NCBI GenBank assembly: GCA_963702435.1
Contig: CAVPCR010000004.1
Location: 256,001-320,000 of the forward strand
DNA from: Candidatus Eiseniibacteriota bacterium
GTDB lineage: Bacteria > Eisenbacteria > RBG-16-71-46 > CAVPCR01
Direction: 5' to 3'
Length of the DNA stretch: 64,000 nt
Numbering within the stretch: the first letter of the stretch is position 1; each line of letters opens with the position of its first letter. Shown piece after piece: positions 1 to 10,787 of the stretch. The notes under the pieces were generated by a model. The model was not told the origin of the DNA and searched no databases. It worked only from the letters and a program-made list of their open reading frames with translations. The position numbers and the translations under genes were made by a program.

Positions 1-1281
1 TCTCATCTCAAGGCGAAGGCGCCGCAGCCGACAATCGGGAAGCTCGTTGACGACGCGATGACCGCGATCGAGCGCGACAACCCGACGCTTAAGAGCGTGC
101 TGCCCAAGGAGTACGCCCGCCCCGGCCTCGACAAGGCGCGGCTCGGCCAACTCATCAACCTGGTGAGCGACATCGGTCTCGGGAGCCCGGCCGACCGCGC
201 CAAGGACATCCTCGGCCGCGTGTACGAGTACTTCCTCGCCCAGTTCGCGAGCGCCGAGGGCAAGAAGGGCGGTCAGTTCTACACCCCATCCCGCGTGGTG
301 CGGGTGCTGGTCGAGATGATCGCGCCTTACAAGGGTCGGGTGTACGACCCCTGCTGCGGCTCGGGCGGTATGTTCGTATCGAGCGAGAAGTTCATCGAGG
401 TGCACAGGGGGAAGATCGGCGACATCTCGATCTACGGTCAAGAGTCGAACTACACGACCTGGCGCTTGGCCAAGATGAACCTCGCGATCCGGGGCATCGA
501 CGCCCAGATCGCCCACGGGGACAGCTTCCACAACGACCAGCACCCCGACCTCAAGGCCGACTTTGTCCTCGCGAACCCGCCCTTCAACGACAGCGACTGG
601 CGGGGCGACCTGCTCAGGGGCGATAAGCGGTGGACGTACGGACCGCCGCCCGCGGGAAACGCGAACTTCGCCTGGGTCCAGCACTTCATTTACCACCTCG
701 CCCCGACCGGCATCGCTGGCTTCGTGCTCGCCAACGGGTCGATGTCGTCGAATCAGTCAGGGGAGGGGGAGATCCGAAAGGCCATCATCGAGGCGGACCT
801 CGTCGACTGCATGGTGGCGCTCCCCGGCCAGCTCTTCTATTCGACCCAGATCCCGGTTTGCCTCTGGTTTCTGGCCCGCAACAAGAAGAACGGCCGCTTC
901 AAGGACCGGCGCGGGCACACCTTGTTCATCGACGCGCGGAAGATGGGCACCCTGATCGACCGGGTCCATCGCGACCTCACTGACCAGGACGTGGCCAAGA
1001 TCGCGGGCACCTACCACGCCTGGCGCGGCGACAAGGGCGCGGGCGACTACGCCGACGTGCCCGGCTTCTGCATGGCCGCGAAACTCGACGACATCCGCAA
1101 GCATGGGCACGTGCTCACCCCCGGCCGCTACGTCGGGGCCGCGGCCGCGGAGGAAGACGACGAGCCCTTCGCCGAGAAGATGAAACGACTTACGGCGAGC
1201 CTGCACCAGCAGCAGGCCGAGGCCGCGAAGCTCGATGCCGTCATCGCCGCCAACCTGAAGGAGCTTGGGTATGGGGGGTGA
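1..1281 (+). CDS. hsdM: Type I R-M methyltransferase subunit (5'-partial)
   Basis: Frame open from base 1; [14 protein letters not shown] (motif I), NPPF (motif IV, m6A MTase), LTPGRYVG. Confidence 0.97.
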   Translation, partial: SHLKAKAPQPTIGKLVDDAMTAIERDNPTLKSVLPKEYARPGLDKARLGQLINLVSDIGLGSPADRAKDILGRVYEYFLAQFASAEGKKGGQFYTPSRVVRVLVEMIAPYKGRVYDPCCGSGGMFVSSEKFIEVHRGKIGDISIYGQESNYTTWRLAKMNLAIRGIDAQIAHGDSFHNDQHPDLKADFVLANPPFNDSDWRGDLLRGDKRWTYGPPPAGNANFAWVQHFIYHLAPTGIAGFVLANGSMSSNQSGEGEIRKAIIEADLVDCMVALPGQLFYSTQIPVCLWFLARNKKNGRFKDRRGHTLFIDARKMGTLIDRVHRDLTDQDVAKIAGTYHAWRGDKGAGDYADVPGFCMAAKLDDIRKHGHVLTPGRYVGAAAAEEDDEPFAEKMKRLTASLHQQQAEAAKLDAVIAANLKELGYGG

Positions 1282-2436
1282 GTGGCGTTCATCCACGTGG
1301 GGCGAAGAGATCTCGCTGGAGTACGGCAAGGCTCTCCGCGGTTACGATGCCTCGCACGGCAAGTACCAGGTGTTCGGCTCCAATGGCCCGATCGGATGGA
1401 CCTCGCAGCCCCTCGCACCCGGCCCTGGGGTGATCCTCGGCCGCAAAGGGGCCTACCGGGGGGTCCGCTACTCGTCTGATCCGTTCTTCGTAATCGACAC
1501 GGCATACTATGTGGTGCCAAAGAACGAGTTCGAGATGCGATGGCTCTATTACGCGATCCAGCACTACAGACTTGGTGAGGTTGACGACGGGTCGCCGATC
1601 CCGTCGACGACGAGATCTGCCGTCTACGTGCTGGACCTTGAGGTCCCCCCCTCCCCGAGCAGCGCGCCATCGCGCACATCCTCGGCACGCTGGACGACAA
1701 GATCGAGTTGAACCGACGGATGAGCGCGACCCTGGAGGCGATCGCGCGGGCGCTGTTCAAGTCGTGGTTCGTGGACTTCGATCCGGTCCGCGCCAAGGCC
1801 GAGGGCCGCGACCCCGGCCTGCCCCAGCATCTCGCCGACCTGTTCCCGGACTCGTTCGAGGAGTCGGAGCTGGGGGAGATTCCGGTGGGGTGGGAGGTCA
1901 TGAACCTGGGGGACGTGGTAGAGCTTGCATACGGCAGGGCACTGAAGGAGGAGGAGCGGAGGGCTGGGCGAATCCCGGTATTCGGGTCCAACGGCCAGGT
2001 GGGCTGGCACGACGAGAAACTAGCCGACGGGCCCGGCGTTGTCGTCGGGCGCAAAGGCAACCCCGGAATCGTGACCTGGGCACCAACGGACTTCTACTGC
2101 ATCGACACCACCTTCTACGTAGTTCCAAAGGGCGACATCGACAGTCTCCTTCTCCTCTACTACGCGTTGTGCGATCACGACCTCGCTTCGCTGGGTGCAG
2201 ACTCCGCCGTCCCCGGTCTTAACAGAAATCTCGCATACATGAGCAAGCAGTTGATCCCGCCATCGGCCGTGGTGGCTGCCTTCGACAAATGTGCTACGCC
2301 TCTGTTTCGGCGGCGCTATCAAAGAGACGCGGAATCGACAACACTGGCCGCTTTACGCGACACCCTGTTGCCCAAGCTCATCTCGGGCGAGATCCGGGTA
2401 GACGACGCCGAACGCTTCCTCGCTGGTGGTTACTGA
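1271..2436 (+). pseudogene. hsdS: Type I R-M specificity subunit, frameshifted at C7 tract 1645-1651 (assembly error, phase variation or pseudogene)
   Basis: ORF 1265..1711 is TRD1 and ORF 1708..2436 is TRD2 ending LRDTLLPKLISGEIR; adding one C restores VPPLPEQRAIAHILGTLDDKIELNRRM. Confidence 0.9.
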
Positions 2437-3593
2437 TGGCCGAACTCGATGCACTTGCGCCCAACTACCGGCGCGCCCAGCAGCGATGGTCGGGCGCCCC
2501 AATGCTGGCTGAGTGCTACGAGGCGTTGAACCTCTGCTTCTCTGGCCACGCACATGGGTTGGTCGAGCATGTCAAGTCGTTCCTAGAGAGCGTTTGCCTG
2601 ACGATCATGAGCGAGTACCGGCGAGAGATGCCGTCATCGACGCCAACCACGACCGAACTGCTGATCGCAGCACTTGCCGCGCTCGGGCTGGAGAATGCCA
2701 GGGGCACGAGCAGACTCGATAAGGTGCTCTCAGCCTTCAACAGGCTTGCTGACGCCCTCACCGAGATGCGCAATGAGCACGGCCCAGTGGCGCACGGCAA
2801 GGACGGGTTCCTCGACCCAGTTGCGGTAGACCACGCCCGAGCCTTCCTGCATACGGGCGATGCGATTCTCGGAGTTCTCCTCAATGCCCTAGAAGGCAAG
2901 CAGCCCGACCTAGTCGTGACTCGGGAGCCGTACGAGAGCTTCGCTCATTTCAACGAGCGCATCGATCGAGCGGTAAGTATCGAGGCCCGCATAGACGAAG
3001 ATGGCGCCAACCCCATCGTTGTCCTCTCGGTCGCAACTGGAATGCGCAGCGAAGCCATCGAGCTTCGTGCCGAACCGAGCCGGCTCCTCTATGGCATCGA
3101 CCGGGAGGCATACATCGAGGTGCTGAAGGCTAGCGGGCACGCGGTTGCCAGGGCCGAGGAGGAGGCAGAGAGTGAGGCGGCCGGTTCCGAAGGTGTCGAG
3201 GCCCCAGGTCTTGAGGTCGCTTCATCGCCGGGGCCGGTCGTGGAGCAAGTGACGGCTTACAAGGGGGTGCTTGAGACCGTTCGTTCCGGCGTGGAGGGGT
3301 TCCTTACCGCGGAGGGTCTGGATCCCGAAGCGGCCGGCGGGGGGGAGACACTGCTCATCGATTCGATATTGGCGACGGCCGAGCAGAACATGGCGTTGGA
3401 CTGGAAACGGCGCGAGGCGATCCAGGCGAGGCTCAAGGTTGCCTGCCGGCGCGTGTTGGTGCGGTTCGGCGTGGCCCCGGAGAAGGCCGCGGAGGTTGCT
3501 GAGCGTCTGGTCACCTGGTTTCGTGTGCAGGTGCCTGATCTCGCGACGACAGAGGCGGCCGCCCTTGCGGCTGCTGACGGGAGTCACTCGTGA
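2436..3593 (+). CDS. Abortive-infection (Abi_C/HEPN-like) protein with HsdR-like C-terminal domain
   Basis: TGATG overlap with the hsdS stop; KSFLESVCLTI...MRNEHGPVAHG; C-terminus aligns with the HsdR tail. Confidence 0.7.
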   Translation: MAELDALAPNYRRAQQRWSGAPMLAECYEALNLCFSGHAHGLVEHVKSFLESVCLTIMSEYRREMPSSTPTTTELLIAALAALGLENARGTSRLDKVLSAFNRLADALTEMRNEHGPVAHGKDGFLDPVAVDHARAFLHTGDAILGVLLNALEGKQPDLVVTREPYESFAHFNERIDRAVSIEARIDEDGANPIVVLSVATGMRSEAIELRAEPSRLLYGIDREAYIEVLKASGHAVARAEEEAESEAAGSEGVEAPGLEVASSPGPVVEQVTAYKGVLETVRSGVEGFLTAEGLDPEAAGGGETLLIDSILATAEQNMALDWKRREAIQARLKVACRRVLVRFGVAPEKAAEVAERLVTWFRVQVPDLATTEAAALAAADGSHS

Positions 3594-3633
3594 GCAACGT
3601 GTTCTGCGTCCGCGCTGAGGGGTTGGTGCGGGC

Positions 3634-6600
3634 TTGAGTGGGAGACTCTCCGAATCAGTTGTCGAGGAGGCAGCCCTCGACTGGCTGCGCGGACTCGGCT
3701 ACGCCACGGTGTTCGGCCCTGGGATCGACCCCGACGAACCGGGCGCGGAGCGTGCCGACTTCGACGAAGTCGTCCTTGCGAGGAGGTTAAAGGAGGCTCT
3801 TGCCCGCCTGAATCCGGGCGTGCCGGCCGACGCGCTCGACGAAGCGTTCCGGAAGCTCGCCAGGGCCGATGGCCCGACACTCCTCGCGACCAACCAGGGT
3901 GTCCACCACTGGCTCGTGGACGGGGTGACGGTCGAGTTCAAGCGGCGGGACGGGTCCATCGCGGGTGCCCCGGTCCGTGTCTTCGACTACGAGGACCCCG
4001 ACAACAACGACTGGCTCGCGGTCAACCAGTTCTCGGTCAAGGGCGGGCAACACGTCCGCCGGCCCGACATCGTCCTGTTCGTGAACGGCCTGCCGCTCGC
4101 GGTCCTCGAACTCAAGAACGCCGCGGACGAGAACGCCACGATTGGGACGGCGTTCCACCAGCTTGAAACGTACCAGGCCCAGATCCCCTCACTGTTCGTC
4201 TACAACACCGCGCTTGTGATCTCGGATGGCATGCAGGCCCGGATCGGCGTCCTCGGCGCGGGGCGGGAGTGGTTCAAGCCCTGGCGCACGATCACCGGCC
4301 GGGAGGTCGCTGCCTCAACCCTGATCGAGCTTCGGGTTGTGCTGGAAGGAGTGTTCGATCGCCGTTGGTTCCTCGACCTCATGCGGCACTTCGTTGTCTT
4401 CGAGGACATGGGCGGTGGGGTCCTGGTCAAGAAGATGGCCGGGTACCACCAGTTCCACGCGGTGAACGTCGCCGTCGAGGAGACGCTCCGTGCAGCCCAG
4501 GAGGCCCGCACCCAACGGGCAGCGGAGCCGCGGCGTCAGTACGAGGAGGGGCTCCGGTCGGGCGGCGAACCGGGGGATCGCCGGATCGGGGTCGTCTGGC
4601 ACACCCAAGGGTCTGGCAAGAGCCTGACCATGGCGTTCTACGCGGGCCGGATGATCCTCCACCCCGAGATGGAGAACCCGACGATCGTCGTCCTCACCGA
4701 CCGGAACGACCTCGACGGCCAACTCCACGGCACCTTCGCCCGCTGCCACGACCTCCTCCGCCAAGCGCCGGTCCAGGCGGAGAGCCGGGCTGACCTCCGC
4801 GCCAAGCTCCAGGTCGCCTCGGGCGGTGTCGTCTTCACGACGATCCAGAAGTTCTTCCCCGAGGAGCGGGGCGACCGGTACCCGGTTCTCTCCGAGCGGC
4901 GGAACATCGTGGTCATCGCCGACGAGGCGCACCGGAGCCAGTACGACTTCATCGACGGCTTCGCCCGGCACATGCGGGACGCACTCCCGAACGCGTCGTT
5001 CATCGGCTTCACCGGAACGCCCATCGAACTCACCGACAAGAACACGCGGGCAGTCTTCGGCGACTACATCAGCGTGTACGACATCAGGCAGGCGGTCGCG
5101 GACAAGGCCACGGTCCCCATCTACTACGAGAGCCGCCTCGCCAAGCTGGAGCTGAAGGAGTCCGAACGCCCGCGGATCGACCCCGAGTTCGAGGAGGTCA
5201 CCGAGGGCGAGGAGGTCGAGCGGAAGGAGAAGCTCAAGACCAAGTGGGCGCAGCTCGAAGCCGTCGTCGGGTCCGAGAAGCGCGTCCGGCTCATCGCCCG
5301 CGACCTGGTGGCGCACTTCGAGACCCGGCTCGCGGCCATGGAGGGCAAGGCCATGGTCGTCTGCATGAGCCGCCGGATCTGCGTCGACCTGTACCGGGAG
5401 ATCGTCACGCTCCGCCCTCGGTGGCATGGCGAGGGCGATGAGGCGGGCACGATCAAGGTGGTGATGACCGGTTCTGCCTCCGATCCCTTGGACTGGCAGG
5501 AGCACATCAGGAACAAACCGCGGCGGGAGGCGCTCGCCACGCGGTTCCGCGATCCCCTGGACCCGTTCCAGGTGGTCCTGGTCCGCGACATGTGGCTCAC
5601 CGGGTTCGACGCGCCGAGCCTCCACACCATGTACGTCGACAAGCCGATGCGGGGCCACGGGCTCATGCAGGCGATCGCCCGCGTGAACCGGGTCTTCCGG
5701 GATAAGCCCGGCGGGCTCGTGGTGGACTACCTGGGCCTCGCTCCCGAGCTGAAGGCGGCCCTCGCGACCTACACGCAGAGCGGCGGCACCGGGGAGACCG
5801 CCATCGATCAGGCCGCGGCCGTGGCGGCGATGCTTGAGAAGCACGAGGTGTGCCTCGGTCTCTTCCACGGCTTCGACTGGACACCGTGGACCACGGGGAA
5901 GCCCACGGACCAGGTCGCGCTCCTGCCCCTCGCCCAGGAGCACATCCTCGCCCAGAAGGACGGCAAGGCCCGGCTGCTGCCGGCGGTCACCGCACTCTCG
6001 CAGGCGTTCGCGTTGGCCATACCGCACGAGGAGGCGCTCCGCATCCGGGACGATGTGGGCTTCTTCCAGGCCGTGCGCTCCGTCCTGGCCAAAAGCGAGC
6101 CCGGAGAGCGGCGGTCGGATGAGGAACTCGACCTCGCCATCCGGCAAATCGTGTCCAGGGCCGTCGTCTCCGACCAAGTCATCGACATCTTCGCTGCGGC
6201 CGGGCTCCAGAAGCCGGACATCTCGATCCTCTCGGACGAGTTCCTGGCCGAGGTGCGCGGCATGCCGCACCCGAATCTCGCGGCCCGCCTCCTGGAGAAG
6301 CTCCTCTCGGACGAGATCAAGGGCCGGTCACGCCGGAACGTAGTCCAGGCTCGCTCCTTCGCCGAGCTTCTCGAACAGACGGTGCGCCGCTACCAGAGCC
6401 GGGCGATCGAGGCGGCCCAGGTGATCGAGGAACTGATCCGCTTGGCCAAGGAGATGAGGAACGCGGATCGGCGGGGCCAGGATCTCGGGTTGACCGAGGA
6501 CGAACTCGCTTTCTACGACGCGCTGGAGACCAACGACAGCGCGGTCAAGGTGCTCCGCGACGAGACCCTTCGCGACATCGCCCGCGAATTGGTCGTCGCC

Positions 6601-6777
6601 GTCCGCCAGAACGTGACGATCGACTGGACCGTGCGCGAGAACGTCCGGGCCAACCTCCGGGTGATCGTCAAGCGCATCCTCCGAAAGCACGGCTACCCGC
6701 CGGACAAGCAGGAGCGGGCCACCCTCACCGTGCTTGAGCAGGCGGAGGTGTTGTCGGAGGGGTGGGCGATGGCGTAG
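3634..6777 (+). CDS. hsdR: Type I R-M restriction subunit
   Basis: PD...ELK nuclease motif, TQGSGKS Walker [23 protein letters not shown]3387-like tail. Confidence 0.97.
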   Translation: MSGRLSESVVEEAALDWLRGLGYATVFGPGIDPDEPGAERADFDEVVLARRLKEALARLNPGVPADALDEAFRKLARADGPTLLATNQGVHHWLVDGVTVEFKRRDGSIAGAPVRVFDYEDPDNNDWLAVNQFSVKGGQHVRRPDIVLFVNGLPLAVLELKNAADENATIGTAFHQLETYQAQIPSLFVYNTALVISDGMQARIGVLGAGREWFKPWRTITGREVAASTLIELRVVLEGVFDRRWFLDLMRHFVVFEDMGGGVLVKKMAGYHQFHAVNVAVEETLRAAQEARTQRAAEPRRQYEEGLRSGGEPGDRRIGVVWHTQGSGKSLTMAFYAGRMILHPEMENPTIVVLTDRNDLDGQLHGTFARCHDLLRQAPVQAESRADLRAKLQVASGGVVFTTIQKFFPEERGDRYPVLSERRNIVVIADEAHRSQYDFIDGFARHMRDALPNASFIGFTGTPIELTDKNTRAVFGDYISVYDIRQAVADKATVPIYYESRLAKLELKESERPRIDPEFEEVTEGEEVERKEKLKTKWAQLEAVVGSEKRVRLIARDLVAHFETRLAAMEGKAMVVCMSRRICVDLYREIVTLRPRWHGEGDEAGTIKVVMTGSASDPLDWQEHIRNKPRREALATRFRDPLDPFQVVLVRDMWLTGFDAPSLHTMYVDKPMRGHGLMQAIARVNRVFRDKPGGLVVDYLGLAPELKAALATYTQSGGTGETAIDQAAAVAAMLEKHEVCLGLFHGFDWTPWTTGKPTDQVALLPLAQEHILAQKDGKARLLPAVTALSQAFALAIPHEEALRIRDDVGFFQAVRSVLAKSEPGERRSDEELDLAIRQIVSRAVVSDQVIDIFAAAGLQKPDISILSDEFLAEVRGMPHPNLAARLLEKLLSDEIKGRSRRNVVQARSFAELLEQTVRRYQSRAIEAAQVIEELIRLAKEMRNADRRGQDLGLTEDELAFYDALETNDSAVKVLRDETLRDIARELVVAVRQNVTIDWTVRENVRANLRVIVKRILRKHGYPPDKQERATLTVLEQAEVLSEGWAMA

Positions 6778-6824
6778 GTGGGGTCCGCGCAGAAACACAG
6801 AGCCCGTCCCGGAAGGAGAAAGCA

Positions 6825-7208
6825 ATGCGATTCGTGATCCTCTCTTTTGTTGCTCTCGTCCTTCTCGCCACGCCGGCCGCCGCGGAGAACCCGGACGGGC
6901 CCCCGGGGCTCCTCACCATTCGCGCCGATTATTCCGGCCTTGTCGGGTGGGATGTAGAAACTGGCCGCGGAGCCGCGAGCACCCTTACGGACCTTGGGGA
7001 CAGGGCCATCTTGGTGGAAGCAATCGTGCCCGTGACGTGGCTGCTATCCCTGGAGGGAGGGGTCACGTTTCACGAATCCAAAGAGACGTACCTCAGCGGC
7101 TTTGATTTCGTTCATTCTCGCTACCACGTGAACTTCGGCGCTCGCTTCCACCTACCGCTAACCGACCGTGCTAAGAAGACCCTTCAAGCGCGTGACGGCC
7201 AGGAATGA
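6825..7208 (+). CDS. Hypothetical exported protein, possibly a small beta-barrel
   Basis: GGAAGGAG RBS; signal peptide MRFVILSF...PAAA; alternating beta-strand pattern (YHVNFGARFH). Confidence 0.6.
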   Translation: MRFVILSFVALVLLATPAAAENPDGPPGLLTIRADYSGLVGWDVETGRGAASTLTDLGDRAILVEAIVPVTWLLSLEGGVTFHESKETYLSGFDFVHSRYHVNFGARFHLPLTDRAKKTLQARDGQE

Positions 7209-7366
7209 GCCTGCAAAGCCGCTTCAGGGAAAGCTTCGAATCGAGTCCGGTCATCAGCGCTCCACGATCCGGCGAGCCGGGAGCGACGACTTGACCGCAT
7301 CGCCCCGGGACTCGCATCCTGCTTGCCGGGCAGCCGCAGATGCCGGAAGACGGGGAGTTAACGAGC

Positions 7367-7867
7367 ATGCCGAAAGGCCAACGCCGCTACACCGACGCGC
7401 AACGAGAAGAGGCCGTCCGTCGGGTCAGGGCGGGCAAGACCATGTACGCCGTCGCGAAAGAGATGGGGATTCCGTACTCGACCGTCGAAACCTGGGTGAA
7501 ACGCGGATGGCCGGAGCCGCGCTACAGCGACGCGGTGAAAGACGAGGTCGTGCGGCGCGTGCGGGCTGGCGAGAATAGAGCGGCGGTCGCACGCGACACC
7601 GGCATACGGTACGAGACGATCGTCTACTGGATGCGGACGCGGGGGAGGGGAGGCACGGGCAGCACGCCTGGCACGGAAGGCCGGGCCGCCAGTCTCAAGG
7701 CCATGGAGGAGGCGGCGCGGCGGCTGGCGGCCGTGTCAGGCGGTGACGCCGTCTCCTGGGATCTCGTCGGCGACGTGCTCGTCCTTCGGATCCCGCTTGG
7801 CCGCGTGGCACGACGGGCGGCGGCGCTCAAGGTGCTGGCCGCGATCAAGCGGGAGATGGGACGGTAG
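7367..7867 (+). CDS. Tandem-HTH protein (two IS3 OrfA/HTH_Tnp_1-like repeats)
   Basis: RYTDAQREEAVRRVRAG..AVAKEMGI..W repeated as RYSDAVKDEVVRRVRAG..AVARDTGI..W. Confidence 0.7.
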   Translation: MPKGQRRYTDAQREEAVRRVRAGKTMYAVAKEMGIPYSTVETWVKRGWPEPRYSDAVKDEVVRRVRAGENRAAVARDTGIRYETIVYWMRTRGRGGTGSTPGTEGRAASLKAMEEAARRLAAVSGGDAVSWDLVGDVLVLRIPLGRVARRAAALKVLAAIKREMGR

Positions 7868-7931
7868 CGGCGAGTGCGCCTGGTCGCCATCGAGTTCCGC
7901 CGCAGATGGGCGCCGATCCGATAATCAAGTT

Positions 7932-8469
7932 CTAGTAGTGGTTCTTGATCTCACCCCATGTGCTTGGGTCAATCGTAGTCGTTTGCCACTGCCCGCAGAA
8001 TGCAAAGAGACTCGGCTCCTCTGGCCTGCCTTGATACACACGACCATCTTGCGTGATGGCCCAGCACCCGCCATAGCCCGTGCCATCTCGATCCGATGCC
8101 CATTCCCACGAACGGACCTGCGAATGGTATCGTTCCCACAAGAGTCCAGTTTCCGCAGTTCATGGGATCGGCGTGCCAGATAGCCCCGTCCATCGTCAAT
8201 GCGTAGAGCCACAAGGTCGTCCTGGTCACATCGACAATGGGCTCCTGGCCCGGAGGTCGGCCGCAGAAGACCATCTCGCAAGCGCCCTCCGGCTCAGGAA
8301 ACAAATCGAAGTAGATTCCCCCGCCATCGTCGAGGCCCATGAAGTACGGATAATCTCCACCGTACTGAAGCGGGGACTGTTTGAGTGCGATGATCTGGCT
8401 GGCTGGCGCCGGCACGGTGCTGAGAACCGGGGCCAGGAGCAGGAGCCCAACTGCGACGGTGAGTTTCAT
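7932..8469 (-). pseudogene. Secreted protein with TWGEIK tail, frameshifted near 8093
   Basis: Signal peptide MKLTVAVGLLLLAP; removing one G after GMGI joins the frame ending TTTIDPSTWGEIKNHY*. Confidence 0.7.
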
Positions 8470-8620
8470 TGGCGACCTCCGCCTTTCATGGAATGCCGGG
8501 TGAGGACCCCACGAGGATACACCCACGAGGCCGCGTCCGCACGGGGGCGTGACCGAGCGCACGGAGTGCTCGGATGGCTACCGTTGCGTGAGGAGGGCTA
8601 TATCCTCGCCGCGACGGAAT

Positions 8621-9205
8621 TCAGCACTCCATGCCGCGCAGGCGGTCGTACATCTCCTGGTCGCTCGGATGGGTGTAGATCACGGTCGTGAGCGGGCTCG
8701 CGTGCCGGGCGAACCGCTGGGCGAGGAAGAGGTCGTGCGTCGCACGGTAGACCTGGCTGACGGCGCTGTGCCGTCAAGCAGTGGAAGTTGTACAGCCGCG
8801 AGAACCCGGCGACGACCTGCCACGCGCGGAACGTGACTTGGACCCGGCGCTTCGAGATTCGCCTCCGTCCCTGGTTGCAGAAGAGCGGGGCCGAGGGGTC
8901 GAGGCGCTCGCGGTGGGCCTGCTTGTGGAGCCAGAAGTGCGCGAGCTTGGTGACCAGCGCGTCGGGCAGAAACACGTCGCCGGCTCGCCCGCCCTTCGAG
9001 ATCTCGCGACGTAGCCTGACCCGCGTGCGCGGCGTGCCGTCGTCGAAAACACGTCCCCGACGTTCAAGCCGACGATCTCGCCCAGCTGGAGGCCGGTGCC
9101 GAGGGCGAGGGAGAACACGGTGTGGTCGCGGGGGTTGGCGGCGGTGGCGCGCAGGAGAGCGTGCTGCTCGGCGGCGGTGAAAGTCGGTGGACTGAGGTAG
9201 GGCAT
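8621..9205 (-). pseudogene. Degraded tyrosine recombinase (catalytic domain only)
   Basis: LALGTGLQLGEI (first catalytic R replaced by Q), FHCL/RH, RHASPLTTVIYTH; two frameshifts (~9050, ~8774). Confidence 0.85.
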
Positions 9206-9574
9206 GGATCGCCTCGCTGGATGACGGCAACGAGCCAAGGGTCCTCGCTGGCGAAGGGAAGATCAAGCCTGCAACGGGTCACCTGCCAGGCTGTCGCGCG
9301 GGCACTCTGCGCTCAGGGCCAGGAGGGCGCGCTGCTCGGCGGCGGTCAGGGTCGGCGGAGTAATTGGGCACGACGCCCTGCGGCGTCGGGCGCCACCGCG
9401 GAGCTATCGCCTCCCCGCGGGAAGATCGAGCTTTCCGGGGACGTCGGGGATGGTGGCCGACGCCGAACTCGTGTAGAATCGTTCTCAGATGGCGGACCAC
9501 GTATACGGCAGTCCGTCCGCTCACGTGAATTGGGGGTCTGCCAGGAGCCTCAGGCCAATAGCATTGGAAGTCGA

Positions 9575-10702
9575 ATGGCACCGGAAGTGATAAACACGAC
9601 CATCGTGGGACGCGTTTCTGCCACTCTCGTTGCACACGAGATAGAAAGAGCGATCGGCGAGACAAAGTCCAGTATTAGGCGAGAGTTCCGAACTGCCTCA
9701 AGTGACCTCCTTGCCTGCTTAGCACAGGGGTCGACCGAGGGTCCCTACTTCAAGGACGCACTTAGGAGGACCATCCTGTCCTGGGAGAAATGGGCGGTAG
9801 TCAGCCGCCGCTCATGGCATAATCGCGGCTTCTGGCGAGTTGGGCCAATTCTCGATGACATCGATGGGTCCTGGCAGACAGTCTGCGCCATGGCGACAGT
9901 CATCTCCCTTATGCCTTACGGCGGCAATCAGCAAGCTCTCGCCTACATTAATAGGCTCTTCGAGTGCGCCAAGACACCCGAGCAGCGACTTCTGATCTAT
10001 CGTCTCGACGCTGCTATTTCCAACCGCATTGACAATTATCGTCGCGTGATAACAGCTTGTGAGCAGTACTTGGGAAGCTGCGATGTGAAATGTCTTTCAG
10101 ATCCTGTGACAAATCCAATGAAGATTCCGCGTCTCCGACGGCCTGCATTGATTTCTGGTTCTTACTATGACGCACTGCCGGACGAGCAGTTGAAGAACGT
10201 GCCCTTAGACTACGTTCCATCTCCCTTGCGCTACTACTCTCTTGCGATCGCGAAGAGGAATCTAAGTGAAGGAAGTCGATCGGTGCCAGCCATCGTGCTG
10301 CGTGGGGCCACAAGAGGTCGCAATCCAGGGTTGGAATCCATATACTGCTATTATATCGGGGTAACTAGAGGGCTAAACGCGCAACAGCAAGCTGCCCGAG
10401 AGGCACTAGATCAAGAATGGGTCACCAGGGGCAGCCTGCCTGGAGGTCATCGCGCATTTCTGCTCGCTGAGTTCATGTTGATGGCCGGAGACTACGATCG
10501 AGCAGCCGTTTTTTTCGACATCTCATCGCAAGACGACTCAGGGGTGTTCCGGGCCTCCCTGGGGGATCCCCCTGTGCAACTGCTGCTAGGGGCCAGCGGC
10601 TGCAATCACTATGGGCATTCAGTAGAGAAATTGAAAGCAACCCTCGTTGAACTGTTGGCCAGGTGTGAAGCTCAAAGCCGCAACAGACTCCCAACCGGAT
10701 GA
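9575..10702 (+). CDS. Hypothetical helical/TPR-like protein
   Basis: Long ORF in lower-GC DNA; TPR-like segments (FLLAEFMLMAGDYDRAAVFF); start uncertain. Confidence 0.55.
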   Translation: MAPEVINTTIVGRVSATLVAHEIERAIGETKSSIRREFRTASSDLLACLAQGSTEGPYFKDALRRTILSWEKWAVVSRRSWHNRGFWRVGPILDDIDGSWQTVCAMATVISLMPYGGNQQALAYINRLFECAKTPEQRLLIYRLDAAISNRIDNYRRVITACEQYLGSCDVKCLSDPVTNPMKIPRLRRPALISGSYYDALPDEQLKNVPLDYVPSPLRYYSLAIAKRNLSEGSRSVPAIVLRGATRGRNPGLESIYCYYIGVTRGLNAQQQAAREALDQEWVTRGSLPGGHRAFLLAEFMLMAGDYDRAAVFFDISSQDDSGVFRASLGDPPVQLLLGASGCNHYGHSVEKLKATLVELLARCEAQSRNRLPTG

Positions 10703-10787
10703 AGCACCTCCCCCGCCCTCGCCCACGCGTAGCCCTCACTCGCTCGCGAAGTCAAGACGCGCACGGCAGGATACCACGGCAGAACGG

